Source of the DNA: a virus
Virus genome (UHGV): UHGV-0175648
DNA length: 23,613 nucleotides
Direction: 5' to 3' (one strand)
Of this stretch, positions 22,216 to 23,613 are shown in pieces. The translations under genes and the position numbers were made by a program. The number at the start of each line of letters is the position of its first letter. Positions within the stretch are counted from its first letter, which is position 1. The notes beneath the pieces were generated by a model. It saw nothing but the letters and a program-made list of their open reading frames with translations. It had not been told where the DNA came from and made no database searches.

Positions 22216-22738
22216 TTCACTGTTACCACCATCAGCCAGCAGTTTCATGCGTTGTGCCGAAGCCGTCGGAACGCGCATTACAGACATCCCGGTAGACCTC
22301 AACACGCTGTGGTCGCCGGATACCTGCCCGGTGCATCTGCTGCCTTATCTCGCCTGGGCGTTTTCCGTTGACCGCTGGGATCGCAACTGGCCGGAAGAGA
22401 CAAAACGACAGGTGATTCGTGATGCATGGCTGATACACCGACACAAAGGGACCATCAGCGCACTGCGCAGGGCCATTGAGCCGCTGGGATACCTCATTCG
22501 CGTGTCTGAGTGGTGGGAGTTCGGCGGAGAACCGGGAACATTTACCGTTGAAGTCGGCACACTGGACAGTGGCGTGACGGAGGAAATGTATCTGGAAATG
22601 GAGCGGTTGATTGCTGATGCCCGTCCGGTCAGCCGCCACATGACAGGGCTGAATATCATTCAGGAAATTCCGGGGGATATTTTCGCAGCGGCGGCAACTT
22701 ATGACGGTGAAGTTATTACCATTTATCCGGACGATTAA
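22208..22738 (+). CDS. I: Baseplate / tail formation protein I
   Basis: 176 aa from ATG 22208; position and size match P2 gpI. Confidence 0.88.
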   Translation: MSNSLLPPSASSFMRCAEAVGTRITDIPVDLNTLWSPDTCPVHLLPYLAWAFSVDRWDRNWPEETKRQVIRDAWLIHRHKGTISALRRAIEPLGYLIRVSEWWEFGGEPGTFTVEVGTLDSGVTEEMYLEMERLIADARPVSRHMTGLNIIQEIPGDIFAAAATYDGEVITIYPDD

Positions 22739-22740
22739 GC

Positions 22741-23613
22741 ATGAGTACCACAACACGAAAATTTAAAACCGTTATCACCGATACAGGTGCCAAAAAATTA
22801 GCTCAGGCAGCCGCGCCAGATGGTAAGCCTGTTCGCCTGACTCATATGGCCGTGGGCGACGGTGGCGGCACGTTGCCCACACCAGACAGTAAGCAGACCC
22901 GTCTGGTGCATGAGGTGTGGCGACATACTGTTAATCGCGTCATCCTGGACGCAACACATCAGAACCGCATTATTGCGGAGCTGCTTATTCCTCCTGAAAC
23001 GGGCGGATTCTGGATCCGGGAAATTGGTGTGTTTGATGAGAACGGCGATTTGATCGCGGTGGGCAATACTGCCGAAAGTTACAAGCCAATCGTTGCCGAA
23101 GGGTCCGGACGCGCACAAACATTTCGCACCATTCTGACCGTATCCAGCACTGCCACCGTGGCGCTTACCGTGAATAACACCATGGTGATGGCCACAGTGG
23201 ATTACGTGGATGACAAACTGAAAGAGCATGAACAGTCACGACGTCACCCGGACGCCTCGCTGACCGCAAAAGGCTTTGTTCAACTCAGTAGCGCCACTAA
23301 CAGCGTGTCTGAAACGCAGGCTGCAACGCCGAAAGCGGTTAAGGCCGCGTATGATCTTGCTAACGGTAAATATACTGCGCAGGATGCCAGCACGACGCGA
23401 AAAGGCCTTGTCCAGCTCAGTAGCGCCACCAACAGCACGTCTGAAACGCAGGCTGCAACGCCGAAAGCAGTAAAGGCCGCGTATGATCTTGCTAACGCAA
23501 AATATACCGCTCAGGACGCCACGACAGCACAAAAAGGGATTGTCCAGCTCAGTAGTGCCACCAACAGCACGTCTGAAACACTGGCCGCGACATCGAAAGC
23601 GGTTAAGGCGGTA
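22741..23613 (+). CDS. H: Tail fibre protein H, N-terminal part (continues beyond the window)
   Basis: Frame-1 ORF open to the end of the window, found by manual translation and not in the ORF track. Its N-terminus resembles P2 gpH as recalled (KFKTVITDTGAKKLAQAA…, MAVGDGGG, HEVWRH, IAELLIPPE, ESYKP, DYVDDKLKEHEQSRRHPDASLTAKGF). Confidence 0.9.
   Translation, partial: MSTTTRKFKTVITDTGAKKLAQAAAPDGKPVRLTHMAVGDGGGTLPTPDSKQTRLVHEVWRHTVNRVILDATHQNRIIAELLIPPETGGFWIREIGVFDENGDLIAVGNTAESYKPIVAEGSGRAQTFRTILTVSSTATVALTVNNTMVMATVDYVDDKLKEHEQSRRHPDASLTAKGFVQLSSATNSVSETQAATPKAVKAAYDLANGKYTAQDASTTRKGLVQLSSATNSTSETQAATPKAVKAAYDLANAKYTAQDATTAQKGIVQLSSATNSTSETLAATSKAVKAV
23269..23613 (+). repeat. Tandem 132-bp (44-aa) coding repeats within tail fibre H
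   Basis: Three copies begin at 23269, 23401 and 23533, encoding KG[FLI]VQLSSATNS[VT]SET[QL]AAT[PS]KAVKAAYDLAN[GA]KYTAQDA.... The array continues beyond the window. Confidence 0.9.

Noticed and set aside
23236-23532. 98-aa minus-strand ORF and 65-aa plus-strand ORF within the tail-fibre repeats
   Set aside because: The apparent internal repetition just mirrors the tandem 132-bp coding repeats of H read in the wrong frame or strand.
1-23613. CRISPR arrays, tRNA or rRNA genes, IS elements or transposase genes
   Set aside because: No regularly spaced short direct repeats, no tRNA-like cloverleaf candidates and no transposase-like ORFs were seen. attL and any tRNA integration target would lie left of base 1, outside the window.

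Overview
This window is the left ~23.6 kb of an integrated P2-like (Peduovirus-type) temperate prophage from an enterobacterial host, beginning exactly at the integrase stop codon, so attL lies just outside the window. The order follows the P2 prophage map: int and C repressor (minus strand), then a cox-like gene, a block of small early genes, replication initiator A, an accessory block, a cos-containing intergenic region, then portal Q and terminase P (minus strand), followed on the plus strand by O, N, M, L, X, holin, endolysin, spanins, R, S, V, W, J, I and the 5' part of tail fibre H. All calls rest on my reading of the ORF translations and on recalled family signatures; no database search was run. 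Three accessory modules are not part of the canonical P2 backbone and are the most interesting content: (1) a complete ParM/ParR actin-type partition cassette with upstream palindromic repeats, (2) a three-gene operon whose first product carries a near-exact copy of the ClpX N-terminal C4 zinc-binding domain, and (3) a translationally coupled operon ending in an SPFH (band-7) inner-membrane lipoprotein with a small 2-TM partner. Modules 1 and 2 sit between A and cos, where P2 carries tin/old. A structured noncoding region (4773-5139) and an A7G8 homopolymer tract in a ribosome-binding site are additional points of interest. No rRNA, tRNA, CRISPR array or IS element was recognised.
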